Shown piece by piece: positions 1-11,460 of a DNA stretch of 64,000 nucleotides. Source of the DNA: Deltaproteobacteria bacterium (GTDB lineage: Bacteria > Desulfobacterota > Binatia > UTPRO1); NCBI GenBank assembly GCA_020848745.1, contig JADLHM010000141.1, positions 38,599 through 102,598 of the forward strand, read 5' to 3'. The translations under genes were made by a program, and so were the position numbers. The notes under the pieces are model-generated. The model saw only the letters and a program-made list of their open reading frames with translations. It was not told the origin of the DNA and ran no database searches. Numbering within the stretch: position 1 is the first letter of the stretch; each line of letters starts with the position of its first letter.

Positions 1-1
1 C

Positions 2-934
2 CTACCTTTCGGAGGGATGCGTTCGCGCGGGATCGAGCGCGGCGAGCAGTCCGTAGAGGACCCGGTTCACGGGCGTCGCCACGCCGACGGCTTCGCCGAA
101 GCGCAGGACGGCGCCGTTGATGGCGTCGTACTCGAGGCGCCGCCCGCGCTCCAGGTCCTGGAGCATCGAGGTGCGGAGCGTGTCGAGATGGTCGCGCGAG
201 AAGGCGATGGTGGTCTCGACGCGCGCCGGGTCGAGCTGGATGCCTTGCGCGCGCGCGACCGCGACGACCTCGTGCATGGCGGCGCGCAGCACGTCGGCGG
301 TCGCCGGGATCCGGGCGGCGGTTCCGGCCGTCGTGTGCGTGAGGGCGGTCACCGCGTTGTGCGCCGCGTTCCACATGAGCTTGCCCCAGAGTCCGACCGC
401 GATCTCGCGGGTGAGGCGGTGACGGATCCCGGCTTCGGTGAGCAGCGTCGCGAGAGTTCGGCCGCGCGGGCTCTCGTGGCCGGTGAGCTCGCCGAAGAAG
501 ATCGTGCCCTCGGCGACGTGGCGGACGACGCCCGGCGCCACCAGCTCGGCGCCGATCTCGGTCATGGCCCCCATGAGCGGCGGCAGGTCGAGCGCCGACG
601 CGAGCAGCGTCTCGTTCTCGACCCCGTTCTGCAGGGACAAGACGACACTGTCCTCTCGCACCACGGGCGCGATCTGCCGGGCGACGGCCGCGGTGTCGTA
701 TGACTTCACAGTGAAGAACACGAGCGCGAAGGGCTCGAGCCCGCCGACGTCGTCGACGGCCGTGAGGCGCGAGACGTGGAAGTCGCCGTCGATGCTCTCG
801 ACGGTGAGGCCGGCCGCGCGAAGGGCCGCGAGATTCGCGCCGCGCGCCAGAAAGGTCACGTCGTGGCCGGCCCGGGCGAGCGAGGCTCCGAAGAAGCCGC
901 CGACCGCGCCCGTGCCGGCGATCAGGATGCGCAC
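2..934 (-). CDS. panE: 2-dehydropantoate 2-reductase (ketopantoate reductase)
   Basis: 310-aa ORF with N-terminal Rossmann motif IAGTGAVGG and ApbA/PanE-like C-terminal domain; GTG start at 934, TAG stop at 2-4. Confidence 0.8.
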   Translation of the reverse strand: MRILIAGTGAVGGFFGASLARAGHDVTFLARGANLAALRAAGLTVESIDGDFHVSRLTAVDDVGGLEPFALVFFTVKSYDTAAVARQIAPVVREDSVVLSLQNGVENETLLASALDLPPLMGAMTEIGAELVAPGVVRHVAEGTIFFGELTGHESPRGRTLATLLTEAGIRHRLTREIAVGLWGKLMWNAAHNAVTALTHTTAGTAARIPATADVLRAAMHEVVAVARAQGIQLDPARVETTIAFSRDHLDTLRTSMLQDLERGRRLEYDAINGAVLRFGEAVGVATPVNRVLYGLLAALDPARTHPSER

Positions 935-938
935 GGCG

Positions 939-1502
939 TCAGAACTTCACTTGCGGCACCTGCTTCGCGCTCTCGGGAACCTCGAAGTACTTCTGCTCGC
1001 CGAAGCCGAACACTTTCGCCGTGAGCACCGTCGGGAAGGTCTTGGCGAGCGTGTTGTACTCCTGCACGACTTCGTTGTAGCGCCGCCGCTCCGTGGCGAT
1101 GCGGTTCTCCGTGCCGGCGAGCTCGTCGGAGAGCCGTGCGAACTGCGTGTCGGCCTTCAGGTTCGGATAGCTCTCGGCGAGCGCGAGGAGCCGCGAGAGC
1201 GCCGACGAGAGCTCGCCGGACGCCGCGATCTCCGCGTCGCGCGAGCCGCCCGCCGCCAGCATGCGGGCGCGCGCGTTCGCGACCGCTTCGAAGATCCCCT
1301 TCTCGTGGGCCGCGTAGCCTTTGGTCACCTCGATGAGGTTCGGGATCAGGTCGTTGCGCCGCTGCAGCTGGTTCTCGACCTGTGCCCAGGCGCCGTCGAT
1401 CGCTTCGCGCAGGCCGACGAGCCGGTTGTAGCCGCAACCCGAGAGCGTCGAGGCGATCAGCAGCAGCGCCACCGTCGCGAGCATCGTTCGTGAACGCGTC
1501 AT
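939..1502 (-). CDS. lemA: LemA family lipoprotein
   Basis: LemA-like sequence (…LIPNLIEVTKGYAAHEKGIFEAV…RRRYNEVVQEYN…); signal/lipobox LSGC; start chosen at internal MTRSRTML. Confidence 0.75.
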   Translation of the reverse strand: MTRSRTMLATVALLLIASTLSGCGYNRLVGLREAIDGAWAQVENQLQRRNDLIPNLIEVTKGYAAHEKGIFEAVANARARMLAAGGSRDAEIAASGELSSALSRLLALAESYPNLKADTQFARLSDELAGTENRIATERRRYNEVVQEYNTLAKTFPTVLTAKVFGFGEQKYFEVPESAKQVPQVKF

Positions 1503-1525
1503 GTCGTCTCCTCCATGCAGTGAGA

Positions 1526-2338
1526 TCACCATTTTCCACCGGCGCCGCCGCCGCCGAAGCTGCCGCCGCCGAACCCGCCGAAGCCTCCGCCACCGCTACC
1601 CCCGAAGCCGCCCCCGCCGAACGTACCGCCCCACATCGGCGGACCGACGTCCCACGCGCGCCGTCGCCGCGGCGACCCCCGCGCGCCGGGAGGCCCGTTC
1701 CAGCCGAAGAGATACGGGCCGAAGATCACGAGCAGGATGATCACGAGGACGATGAGATCACCGCGGCTGAAGTGCGCCGTCGGCGGCGCCTCCGGCGACG
1801 GCGCGCCGGTCAGCTCGACGTGGTACTCGCGGGCGATGATCGCCGCCATGCGATCGACTCCGGCCTCGATGCCGCCCGCGAGATCGCCGCTGCGGAACTT
1901 CGGCACGATGGTGCGGTCGCGGATCTCGCCGACGAGACCGTCCGGCAGGGCGCCTTCGATGCCGTAGCCGGTCGCGATGAACATCTCGCGGTCCTCGACG
2001 GCGACGAGGAAGAGCACCCCGTTGTCCTTGTCGCGGCCGCCCGGCTTCCATGCTTCGGCGAGGCGGACGGCGCGCTCCGGCACCGGGTCGGGTCGGGTCG
2101 TGGCCAGTGTGACGACGGCGATCTCGGAGCCCGTCTTCTCCTTGAGCTCTCCGATGCGCGCGGCGAGGCGCGCCTTGGTTGCACCGTCGATGACTCCCGC
2201 GAAATCGGAAACGAAGCCGAGCGGCGTCGGCAGGGGGGCCGGCGCCGCTTCGGCGCGCCACGCGGCGAACGCGAGTACGAACGCGAGCGCGAAGACCCGC
2301 CGGACGGCCGCGCCTCCCGGCGGTCGCGGATCCGTCAT
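1526..2338 (-). CDS. TPM-domain (TLP18.3/Psb32/MOLO-1 family) protein with Gly-rich C-terminus
   Basis: TPM domain signature (GFVSDFAGVI…, LFLVAVEDREMFIATGYG…), TM helix then GGGFGG repeats; typical LemA-TPM gene pair. Confidence 0.75.
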   Translation of the reverse strand: MTDPRPPGGAAVRRVFALAFVLAFAAWRAEAAPAPLPTPLGFVSDFAGVIDGATKARLAARIGELKEKTGSEIAVVTLATTRPDPVPERAVRLAEAWKPGGRDKDNGVLFLVAVEDREMFIATGYGIEGALPDGLVGEIRDRTIVPKFRSGDLAGGIEAGVDRMAAIIAREYHVELTGAPSPEAPPTAHFSRGDLIVLVIILLVIFGPYLFGWNGPPGARGSPRRRRAWDVGPPMWGGTFGGGGFGGSGGGGFGGFGGGSFGGGGAGGKW

Positions 2339-2351
2339 CGGGCCGCCGGCG

Positions 2352-3065
2352 TCATGCGTGCGGCGCGGCGTCGGCGAGCGCCGCGATCGTCTCGATCTCC
2401 GCCACGTACTCCCCGAATCGACTCTCGACGGCGCCGGGATCGCGCCCTCCGGCGAGGAGCTCGAGCACGGGGAGCGCGCACCCGAAGGCGCGGGTGAACG
2501 CCGCGACGGCGGCCGTCTCGCGCGTCTCCCACCCGAGCCCGCGGGCCCAGACCAGACCCCGCATCACGTGCAGGAACGTCTTCCGCGAGTCGATCATGAG
2601 CTCGCGGAGGTCGAGAATGGAGCCGGCGAGCTCGAGATAGAGGCCCCGCAGGCGCACCAGCTTTCCCTTGGCCTCGCGCTCGCACTCGAGACGGACCGCG
2701 TCCCTCGTGATCGGCAGGTCGCGGAAGAGCTCCTGACCGGCGAGTGTTCGATGGCGGGCCTGGATGTCGAGCATTTCGAGGGGAAACACGTCGAGGGAGC
2801 GCGTCAGGTCGCCCGGCGCCAGCAGGAGCGGGGCGGCGACTCGCTCGCCGCGCCAGCGCGCGTACCACTGGGCGACCCGTTGCAGATGCGCGAACGAGAT
2901 CGGATCGGCGACGGCGGCCAGATTGACGTCCGAGCGCTCGGGGCGGAAGTCGGGATGCCCGGCGCTGCCGTAGAGGACGACGGTGCGGAGAGCCGATCCG
3001 ACGGCCTCGGCCAGCTCGGCTCCGGCCTCGCTGGCGACGCGCTCGGGCGTGATCCGCCGCGGCAT
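2352..3065 (-). CDS. nucleotidyltransferase-domain protein (Pol-beta superfamily), function unknown
   Basis: hG[GS]…D.D-like motif ([24 protein letters not shown]); divergent from glpK; start set at MPRRITPE. Confidence 0.45.
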   Translation of the reverse strand: MPRRITPERVASEAGAELAEAVGSALRTVVLYGSAGHPDFRPERSDVNLAAVADPISFAHLQRVAQWYARWRGERVAAPLLLAPGDLTRSLDVFPLEMLDIQARHRTLAGQELFRDLPITRDAVRLECEREAKGKLVRLRGLYLELAGSILDLRELMIDSRKTFLHVMRGLVWARGLGWETRETAAVAAFTRAFGCALPVLELLAGGRDPGAVESRFGEYVAEIETIAALADAAPHA

Positions 3066-3186
3066 GCGCGCGGATGATAGGCACCGCGATCCGGAGGCGC
3101 AAGTCGCCGGCGGGTGTGGCTGCCCCGCCGGTGAGCTGGTAAGAGCCGCGACCGGCGCGGCGGCCACGCGCTCGGGAGGAGATCGG

Positions 3187-4683
3187 ATGGCGACGAAGCC
3201 GACCCACGTGATGGCGATCGATCAAGGGACGACGGGCTCGACAGTGCTCGTGTTCGACCGGCGGGGTCGCATCGCCGGCCGCGCCTACTCGGAGGTCTGC
3301 CAGCACTACCCGAAGCCGGGATGGGTCGAGCACGACGCCGAAGAGATTTGGCGCGTCACGCTCGCCGTCGCGCGCCAGGCGCTCCGCAAGGCCAGGGTCA
3401 AGGTCGCGTCGCTCGCGGCGATCGGCATCACGAACCAGCGCGAGACGACCGTGGTGTGGGATCGGCGCACCGGGCAACCGATCCACCGCGCGATCGTCTG
3501 GCAGGATCGCCGCACCGCCGCCGTCTGTGCGCAGCTGAAAGACGAGGGCGCCGAGGCCGCGGTGCGCGCCAAGACCGGCCTCGTGCTCGACCCCTACTTC
3601 TCGGGGACAAAGGTCGCGTGGATCCTCGACAACGTGCGTGGCGCGCGTGCCCGCGCCGCCGCCGGCGACCTCGTCTTCGGCACGATCGACAGCTGGCTCG
3701 TCTGGAAGCTCACCGCCGGCAAGGTGCACGCGACCGATCCGACGAACGCTTCGCGCACGTTGCTCTTCGACATCCATGCCCGCGGCTGGGATCCGGAGCT
3801 GCTGCGCATGTTCGACGTGCCGGCGTCGATGGTCCCCGAGGTGCGGCCGTCGAGCGGCGTCCTCGGCGAGACCGAGGCGCGTCTGCTCGGCGCGCCCGTC
3901 CTCATCGCGGGCGTCGCGGGCGATCAGCAGGCGGCGCTCTTCGGTCAAGGCTGCTTCGCGCCCGGCATGGTGAAGAATACGTACGGCACCGGCTGCTTCG
4001 TGCTGATGCAGACCGGAAGCGAGGCGGTCACCTCGGAGCGCGGCCTCGTCACCACCATCGCCTGCGGCGCCGGCGGCGCGCCGACCTACGCGCTCGAAGG
4101 GTCGGTGTTCATCGCGGGGGCCGTCGTGCAGTGGCTCCGTGACGGGCTCGAGATCCTGAAGAACGCCGCCGAGAGCGAGGCGCTCGCGCGCAAGGTCAAG
4201 TCGACACTCGGCGTCTACGTCGTGCCCGCCTTCGTCGGGCTCGGCGCGCCGTACTGGGACCCGGATGCACGCGGCGCGATTCTCGGGCTCACGCGCGGCG
4301 TCGGGCGCGAGCACCTCGTGCGAGCGGCGCTCGAGTCGCTGGCATTCCAGACCCGCGATGTCGTCGAGACGATGGCGGCCGACGCCTCGAAGCCGATCGC
4401 CGCTCTTCGCGTCGACGGCGGGGCGGCGGCGAACGACTTCCTGATGCAGTTCCAGGCGGACGTCCTCGGTACTACCGTCGACCGGCCGAAGGTAGTCGAG
4501 ACGACGGCGACCGGCGCCGCGTTCCTCGCGGGCCTCGGCACGAGCTTCTGGACCCAAGCGGAGCTCGCGCGCGTCCGCGCGGCCGACAAGGTCTTCAAGC
4601 CGAAAATGAAGGCCGAAGAGCGCGAGGCGGCGTATGCGGGGTGGCAGGACGCGGTGGCGCGAGTGCGGAGCGTGCGCCCCTGA
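3187..4683 (+). CDS. glpK: glycerol kinase
   Basis: Full-length FGGY kinase with GlpK hallmarks ([16 protein letters not shown]…, GTGCFVL…); ATG at 3187. Confidence 0.95.
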   Translation: MATKPTHVMAIDQGTTGSTVLVFDRRGRIAGRAYSEVCQHYPKPGWVEHDAEEIWRVTLAVARQALRKARVKVASLAAIGITNQRETTVVWDRRTGQPIHRAIVWQDRRTAAVCAQLKDEGAEAAVRAKTGLVLDPYFSGTKVAWILDNVRGARARAAAGDLVFGTIDSWLVWKLTAGKVHATDPTNASRTLLFDIHARGWDPELLRMFDVPASMVPEVRPSSGVLGETEARLLGAPVLIAGVAGDQQAALFGQGCFAPGMVKNTYGTGCFVLMQTGSEAVTSERGLVTTIACGAGGAPTYALEGSVFIAGAVVQWLRDGLEILKNAAESEALARKVKSTLGVYVVPAFVGLGAPYWDPDARGAILGLTRGVGREHLVRAALESLAFQTRDVVETMAADASKPIAALRVDGGAAANDFLMQFQADVLGTTVDRPKVVETTATGAAFLAGLGTSFWTQAELARVRAADKVFKPKMKAEEREAAYAGWQDAVARVRSVRP

Positions 4684-4762
4684 CGCGATCTCGTCGGGTT
4701 GCCGCCCCCGGACCCCGATGGTAAGGTCCGCGGCTTCGCACGAAACGCCGAGGAGTCACCAA

Positions 4763-4984
4763 ATGAAAGAAGGCATCCACCCGAACTACCAGCCGGCCAA
4801 GATCGTGTGCGCCTGCGGGAACGTCATCCAGACGCGCTCGACACGGCCCGAGATCCACGTCGAGCTCTGCTCCAGTTGCCACCCCTTCTACACCGGCAAG
4901 CAGAAGCTCGTGGACACCGCCGGCCGAGTCGAGCGGTTCCGGAAGAAGTTCGGCAGCGTCACCAAGGCGCCGGCGCAGCAGTAG
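4763..4984 (+). CDS. rpmE: 50S ribosomal protein L31
   Basis: [27 protein letters not shown]…; AGGAG RBS at 4751-4755. Confidence 0.95.
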   Translation: MKEGIHPNYQPAKIVCACGNVIQTRSTRPEIHVELCSSCHPFYTGKQKLVDTAGRVERFRKKFGSVTKAPAQQ

Positions 4985-5017
4985 CGCGCCGGACGTGCCC
5001 GTCGTGGTGGGGGACAC

Positions 5018-5070
5018 CGCGACGCCGGGGCAGGGGGTTCGGTCTCCCGGCCCCTTTTTTTTCGTTCGAG
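5018..5070 (+). terminator. putative intrinsic terminator after rpmE
   Basis: GC-rich dyad (gccggg…cccggc) followed by a T9 run, which is exceptional in a 70% GC background. Confidence 0.4.
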
Positions 5071-5089
5071 AGTCGGGCTCCGGGGGGCC

Positions 5090-6154
5090 ATGTTCGACAA
5101 GCTAGCCGCAGTCGAAGCGCGATACGTCGAGCTCGAGGGTCTCCTCGTCGAGCCCGACGTCATCGGCAACCGCAAGGAGTTCGCGAAGCTCGGCAAGGAG
5201 CGCTCGGGCCTCGAAGAGATCGTCCACACCTACCGGGCGTGGAAGGAGCTCCAGGACCAGATCGAGGGCAACAAGTCGCTCCTGCACGACGCCGACGAGG
5301 ACGTCCGCGCTCTCGCCCAGGAGGAGCTCCCCGGCCTGAGAGCCGAGAACGACGCGCTCGAGGCACGCCTCAAGGTGCTGCTCCTGCCGCGCGATCCGAA
5401 CGACGAGCGCAACGTGCTCCTCGAGATCCGCGCCGGAACCGGGGGCGAGGAGGCGAGCCTCTTCGCCGCCGAGCTCTTCCGGATGTACACGCGCTACGCC
5501 GAGGCGCGGCGCTGGCGGGTCGAGATCCTGAGCTCGAGCGAGACCGGCCTCGGCGGCGTGAAGGAGATCGTCGCCTCGCTCGAGGGGCAGGGCGCCTTCA
5601 GCCGCCTCAAGTTCGAGGGCGGCGTGCACCGCGTGCAGCGCGTGCCGGAGACCGAGGGCTCGGGGCGCATCCACACCTCGGCCGTGACCGTCGCGGTGCT
5701 CCCCGAGGCCGACGAGGTCGACGTGCACATCGACGAGAAGGACCTCAAGATCGACGTGTTCCGCTCCTCGGGTCCGGGCGGTCAGAGCGTCAACACGACC
5801 GACTCGGCGGTGCGGGTCACCCACATCCCGAGCGGCTTCGTGGTCTCGTGCCAGGACGAGAAGTCGCAGCTCAAGAACAAGGCGAAGGCGCTCAAGATCC
5901 TGCGTGCCCGCCTCCTCGAGCGGGCGCAGGCCGAGCAGCAGGCCGAGATCGCCGCCTCGCGGAAGAGCATGGTCGGCACCGGCGACCGCTCGGAGCGCAT
6001 CCGGACCTACAACTTCCCGCAGAGCCGCGTGTCCGACCACCGCATCAACCTCACGCTGCACGCGCTGGACAAGACCCTCGAAGGCGACCTCGACCCGTTG
6101 ATCGACGCGCTCATCACGCACTATCAAGCGGAAGCGTTGAAGGCGGCGCACTGA
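5090..6154 (+). CDS. prfA: peptide chain release factor 1
   Basis: RF1 signatures: RVQRVPETE (PxT tripeptide region) and [11 protein letters not shown] (GGQ). Confidence 0.95.
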   Translation: MFDKLAAVEARYVELEGLLVEPDVIGNRKEFAKLGKERSGLEEIVHTYRAWKELQDQIEGNKSLLHDADEDVRALAQEELPGLRAENDALEARLKVLLLPRDPNDERNVLLEIRAGTGGEEASLFAAELFRMYTRYAEARRWRVEILSSSETGLGGVKEIVASLEGQGAFSRLKFEGGVHRVQRVPETEGSGRIHTSAVTVAVLPEADEVDVHIDEKDLKIDVFRSSGPGGQSVNTTDSAVRVTHIPSGFVVSCQDEKSQLKNKAKALKILRARLLERAQAEQQAEIAASRKSMVGTGDRSERIRTYNFPQSRVSDHRINLTLHALDKTLEGDLDPLIDALITHYQAEALKAAH

Positions 6155-7067
6155 TGGCGGCGGAGGGGAGGAAGGCGGCGCCGGAGACGGCGCTCGCGTA
6201 TCTGGAGCTGGCCGCGAAGTTCTTCGCGGGGCGGGGGATCGCGAGCGCCCGGCTCGACGCGGAGCTGCTCCTCGCGGAGATGCTCGGGACCGACCGCGTC
6301 GGCGTCTATCTGCGTTTCGACCGTCCGCTCGGCCGGAGCGAGGTCGACGCCTACCGCGCGCTCGTGAAGCGGCGGGGCGACGGCGAGCCGGTCGCGCATC
6401 TCACGGGCCGCCGCGAGTTCTGGTCGCGGAGCTTCGTGGTGACGCCGGACGTGCTCGTGCCGCGGCCCGAGACGGAGCTCGTGGTCGAGCGCGCGCTCGC
6501 GGCGGTCGACGCGGCCGGCGGCCGCGCGGGTGTGCTCCGCGTCCTCGATCTCGGGACCGGGAGCGGCGCGCTCGCCGTCACGCTCGCCGCCGAGCTGCCG
6601 AACGCCGACGTGACGGCGGTCGACGCGTCGCCGGCGGCGCTCGCCGTCGCCGCGCGCAACGCCGCGGCCTTCGGCGTCGCGGCCCGGATGCGGTTCCTCG
6701 CGAGCGACTGGACCGCGGCTCTTGCCGCCGGCGCGCGCTTCGACCTCGTGGTGAGCAACCCGCCCTACGTCCCCTCGGGCGACCTGGCGGGCCTCCCGGC
6801 CGAGGTGCGGCGCGAGCCCGCGCTCGCGCTCGATGGCGGCCCCGACGGCCTCGCCGCGTACCGCCGGATCGCCACCGAGGCGGCGCGCGTGCTGGCGCCG
6901 GGCGGTACGCTCCTCGTCGAGGTCGGCGCCGGCCAGGCGGCGGCCGTCGCCGCGCTTCTCACCGACGCCGGTCTCGCCGCCGTCGGCTGCTTCGCCGACC
7001 TCGCCGGCATCGAGCGCGTCGTCGTTGCGGCGGCCGCGGCTGTGCCTGCGACGCGGGCGGCGGCGTC

Positions 7068-7071
<4 letters not shown>
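6154..7071 (+). CDS. prmC: release factor glutamine N5-methyltransferase
   Basis: HemK/PrmC with [10 protein letters not shown] and NPPY motifs; start overlaps prfA stop (TGATG). Confidence 0.9.
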
Positions 7072-8320
<1,249 letters not shown>

Positions 8321-8324
<4 letters not shown>

Positions 8325-9664
8325 GCGCGGGACGCGACGTCCTGCTCGTGGTGCCGACGCGCGGCCGGGCCTTCGCGCGCCGGCTCGCGCTGCTCGAAGC
8401 GCGCGGCGAGGAGGCAACCGGCCGTGTCGAGCGGACCGTGCGGACGATCGTCGCCGACGTCCGCAAGCGCGGCGACGCGGCGCTCTTCGCGTACACGAAG
8501 CGTTTCGACGGCGTGGCGCTCGGGGCGCGCACCGTCGAGGTCCCGGCGGCGGAGCTCGCCGAGGCGGCGGCGTCGCTGCCGTCGCCGGTGCGGAGCGCGC
8601 TCGCGCTCGCGGCGCGCCGGGTGGCGGCGTTCCACCGCCGCCAGCGGCAGGGCTCGTGGAGCTTCCGTGACGCCGCCGGCGCGCGCCTCGGCCAGCAGGT
8701 GCGGCCGCTCGATCGCGTCGGAGTCTACGTGCCGGGCGGTACCGCGGCGTACCCGTCGTCGGTCCTGATGAACGTCATTCCGGCCAAGGTCGCGGGCGTC
8801 GGCGAGGTGATCGGCGTGACGCCGCCGGGGCGCGCCAGCGCCGAGGTGCTCGCGGCGGCGCACATCGCCGGCATCGACCGGCTCTTCCGGGTCGGCGGCG
8901 CCCAGGCGATCGCGGCGCTCGCCTACGGAACGCGCTCGATCCCGCGCGTCGACAAGATCTGCGGCCCCGGCAACGTGTTCGTCGCGACCGCGAAGCGGCT
9001 CGTCTTCGGTGCGGTCGACATCGACATGATCGCCGGGCCGAGCGAGGTGCTGATCGTCGCCGACGCCCGCGCGCGCGCCGACCTCGTCGCGGCCGACCTG
9101 CTCTCGCAGGCCGAGCACGACCCGCTCGCGGCGGCGATCCTCGTGACGCCGTCGGCCGCGCTCGCGGAGCGGGTGGCGCGCGCCCTCGCGGCGCAGCTCG
9201 GCGAGCTGCCGCGGCAGGCGATCGCGCGGCGCGCGCTCGCGCGCTACGGCACGGCCTTCGTGACCGCGACCCTCGCCGAGGCCGTGGAGCTCGCGAACCG
9301 CATCGCGCCCGAGCACCTCGAGCTCGCCGTCCGCCGTCCCGAGCGCTGGCTCCCGAAGGTGCGCCACGCCGGCGCGATCTTCCTCGGCGAGCACGCGCCG
9401 GAGCCCTTCGGAGACTACCTCGCCGGTCCGAACCACGTGCTGCCGACCGGCGGCAGCGCGCGCTTCTCGTCGCCGCTCGGCGTCTACGACTTCGTGAAGC
9501 GCTCGAGCGTGATCGCGGCGGGGCCGCGTACGATGGCGACGCTCGGCCCCGTGGTGGCGCGGCTCGCCCGACTCGAAGGGCTCGACGCACACGCCCGCGC
9601 GATCGAACGGCGGCTCCCGCGACGGCGTCGGGACGGCCGCATCACTCGCTCGCGACGATCGTGA
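8321..9664 (+). CDS. hisD: histidinol dehydrogenase
   Basis: HisD motifs (…[16 protein letters not shown]…, SQAEHD…); ATG overlaps murA stop (ATGA). Confidence 0.95.
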
Positions 9665-10049
9665 CGCTGATGCGGCGGTCGGTGCGGGGACCGTCGAACT
9701 CGCAGAAGAAGATGCCCTGCCAGGTCGAGAGGCCGAGCGCGCCGTCGATCACGGGGATCGTCTCCGACGGGCCGACGAGCCCGGCCTTCAGGTGCGCGTC
9801 GCCGTTGCCGTCCTGACGGTCGTGCAGCCAGACGCCGGGCGGAATCAATCGGCGCAGGAACCGCACGACGTCGGTCGGCACGCTCGCGTCCCAGTTCTCC
9901 TGGATCATGATCGCCGCCGTCGCGCCGTGGGCGTAGACGCAGCAGAGGCCGTTCGCGATCCCGCTCTCCGCGACCGCCGCGCGCACGCGCTCGGTCACGT
10001 CGACCAGGGTCTCGCGCTCGCCGGTCGCGAGCGCGATCAGCGAGCGCAT
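9642..10049 (-). CDS. YjbQ/UPF0047 family secondary thiamine-phosphate synthase-like protein
   Basis: 135-aa ORF with YjbQ-family conservation (…[21 protein letters not shown]…[15 protein letters not shown]…); convergent 23-nt overlap with hisD. Confidence 0.8.
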   Translation of the reverse strand: MRSLIALATGERETLVDVTERVRAAVAESGIANGLCCVYAHGATAAIMIQENWDASVPTDVVRFLRRLIPPGVWLHDRQDGNGDAHLKAGLVGPSETIPVIDGALGLSTWQGIFFCEFDGPRTDRRISVTIVASE

Positions 10050-10106
10050 GGCGACAGCTTCGCGGCGGTGCTACGCGCCGACAGAGCCCACGACGAAGGA
10101 GTCCCG

Positions 10107-10716
10107 ATGAGCACGCTCGTGACGTACCGCACCGAGGACGGCATCGCCACCATCACGATGGACGACGGCAAACGGAACGCGCTCTCCGCCGCAATGCTCG
10201 CGGCGTTGAACGCGGCGGTCGACCGTGCGCAGACCGAGAAGGCGCCGGTGATCCTGACGGGGCGGCCGGAGACGTTCTCGGCCGGCTTCGACCTGAAGGT
10301 GATGATGGCGGGTGGGCGCGATCGCGATGGGCGCGTTTCTCCTGCTCGCCACCGACTACCGCCTCGGGGTCGCGGGGCCGTATCGCGTGGTCGCGAACGA
10401 GGTCGCGATCGGCATCACGATGCCGCACTTCGGGGTCGAGATCTGCCGGCAGCGGCTCGCGTCGGCGCACTTCCAGCGCGCGGTGATCCAGTCGGAGAGC
10501 TGCGCGCCGGCGGACGCGATCGCCGCCGGCTGGCTCGACCGCGTCGTTCCCGCCGCGGACCTCGAGACGGCGGCGCGGGCGAAGGCGGCGGAGCTCGCGA
10601 AGCTCGACGCCGGAGCCTATGCCGCGACCAAGCTCCGGGCGCGCGCTTCGGCGCTGCGGACCATCCAGGAGGCGATCGCCCGCGACGAGGACGACCGTCG
10701 TACGCTCTTTTGCTGA
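10107..10716 (+). pseudogene. enoyl-CoA hydratase/isomerase (crotonase) family gene, frameshifted and internally shortened
   Basis: N-terminal crotonase segment (…VILTGRPETFSAGFDLKVMMAGG) in frame 0 from ATG 10107, then C-terminal segment (AIAMGAFLLLATDYRLGVAGPYRVVANEVAIGITMPHFG…) in frame +1 from ~10312; stop in frame +1 at 10303; only ~5 aa where ~45 are expected. Confidence 0.6.
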
Positions 10717-10782
10717 GTCCGCCGCGCTCTCGCGGAGGACGCCGCGTTGCCGCCGAGCCGAGCCGTCTGCTACGTCGTCGCC

Positions 10783-11166
10783 ATGGACGTTGCCGCCGCG
10801 CTGAAAGGCGTTCGCGCCGCCGCCGAGACCCAGGCCGGCCTCCGAGCGCTGCTCCTCTTCGGGTCGCGGGCACGCGGCGACGCGGCAGCGACGGCGGATT
10901 GGGATTTCGGCTATCTCGGCGAGGACGGTTTCGATCCTTTGGACCTGCGGGCCGCTCTCGTCCGCCTCCTCGCGACCGACGACGACGACCTGGTCGACCT
11001 GTCGGCGGCGAGCGGTCTCTTGCGCTTTCGGGCCGCCCGTGACGGCGTCCTCGCGTGGGGCGACCCTGCGGAGGTCGCGCGGTTCCGCCTCGAAGCGGCA
11101 TCGTTCTGGTGCGAGGCGGAGCCGATCCTGCGCGCGGCCTACGACGCCGTGCTCGAGCGGCTGTGA
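10783..11166 (+). CDS. nucleotidyltransferase (MntA-like antitoxin of HepT/MntA type VII TA family)
   Basis: Minimal NTase motif LLFGSRARGDAAATADWDFGY; stop overlaps the next start (TGATG). Confidence 0.7.
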   Translation: MDVAAALKGVRAAAETQAGLRALLLFGSRARGDAAATADWDFGYLGEDGFDPLDLRAALVRLLATDDDDLVDLSAASGLLRFRAARDGVLAWGDPAEVARFRLEAASFWCEAEPILRAAYDAVLERL

Positions 11167-11374
11167 TGCCGGCTCTCGATCGCGAGATCCTGGCGGAGCG
11201 CGCCGCGGCGGTCGAACGCCACCTCACCCGCGTCGCCGAGCGGTTGCCGGCGCGCCCGGAGGACCTCGAGCCTGCCACCGACGCCTGGACATGCGCCGGA
11301 TCCACGACGCGGCGACGAACGGCTCGCCGGACCTCCGGACGTTCCTACGCCGCGTGCGAGACCTGCTCGGCTGA
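11166..11374 (+). pseudogene. probable HepT (DUF86/HEPN) toxin remnant, truncated and frameshifted
   Basis: Frame 0: MPALDREILAERAAAVERHLTRVAERLPARPEDLEPATDAW, then degenerate; frame +2 reads …LDMRRIHDAATNGSPDLRTFLRRVRDLLG* (weak Rx4HxY-like). Total <70 codons versus ~120 expected. Confidence 0.3.
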
Positions 11375-11460
11375 GCCGCCGTCGCCATAACGGGATTGCG
11401 TCTCCGAGGCGCACCTACGCCTTGCCGTCGTGACCTGAAGCCGCCATATTGAAAGCGGAA

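Noticed and set aside
2335-4557. 740-aa ORF antisense to glpK. Similar long antisense or alternative-frame ORFs lie over prfA/prmC/murA/hisD (5102..6151, 6765..8417, 8261..9592), over glycerate kinase/glpD (37617..40769, 1050 aa), over ftsK (29031..30860), and over serA/purA and others.
   Set aside because: Arg/Ala/Pro-rich low-complexity translations typical of the wrong frame in 70% GC DNA. Each is fully overlapped by a well-supported conserved gene on the other strand or frame.
9792-11042. 416-aa ORF in frame 0 through the crotonase locus and beyond.
   Set aside because: Only the first ~70 codons after ATG 10107 are crotonase-like. The remainder is Arg-rich junk. The conserved crotonase C-terminal blocks are in frame +1, so this is a frameshifted pseudogene rather than a long protein.
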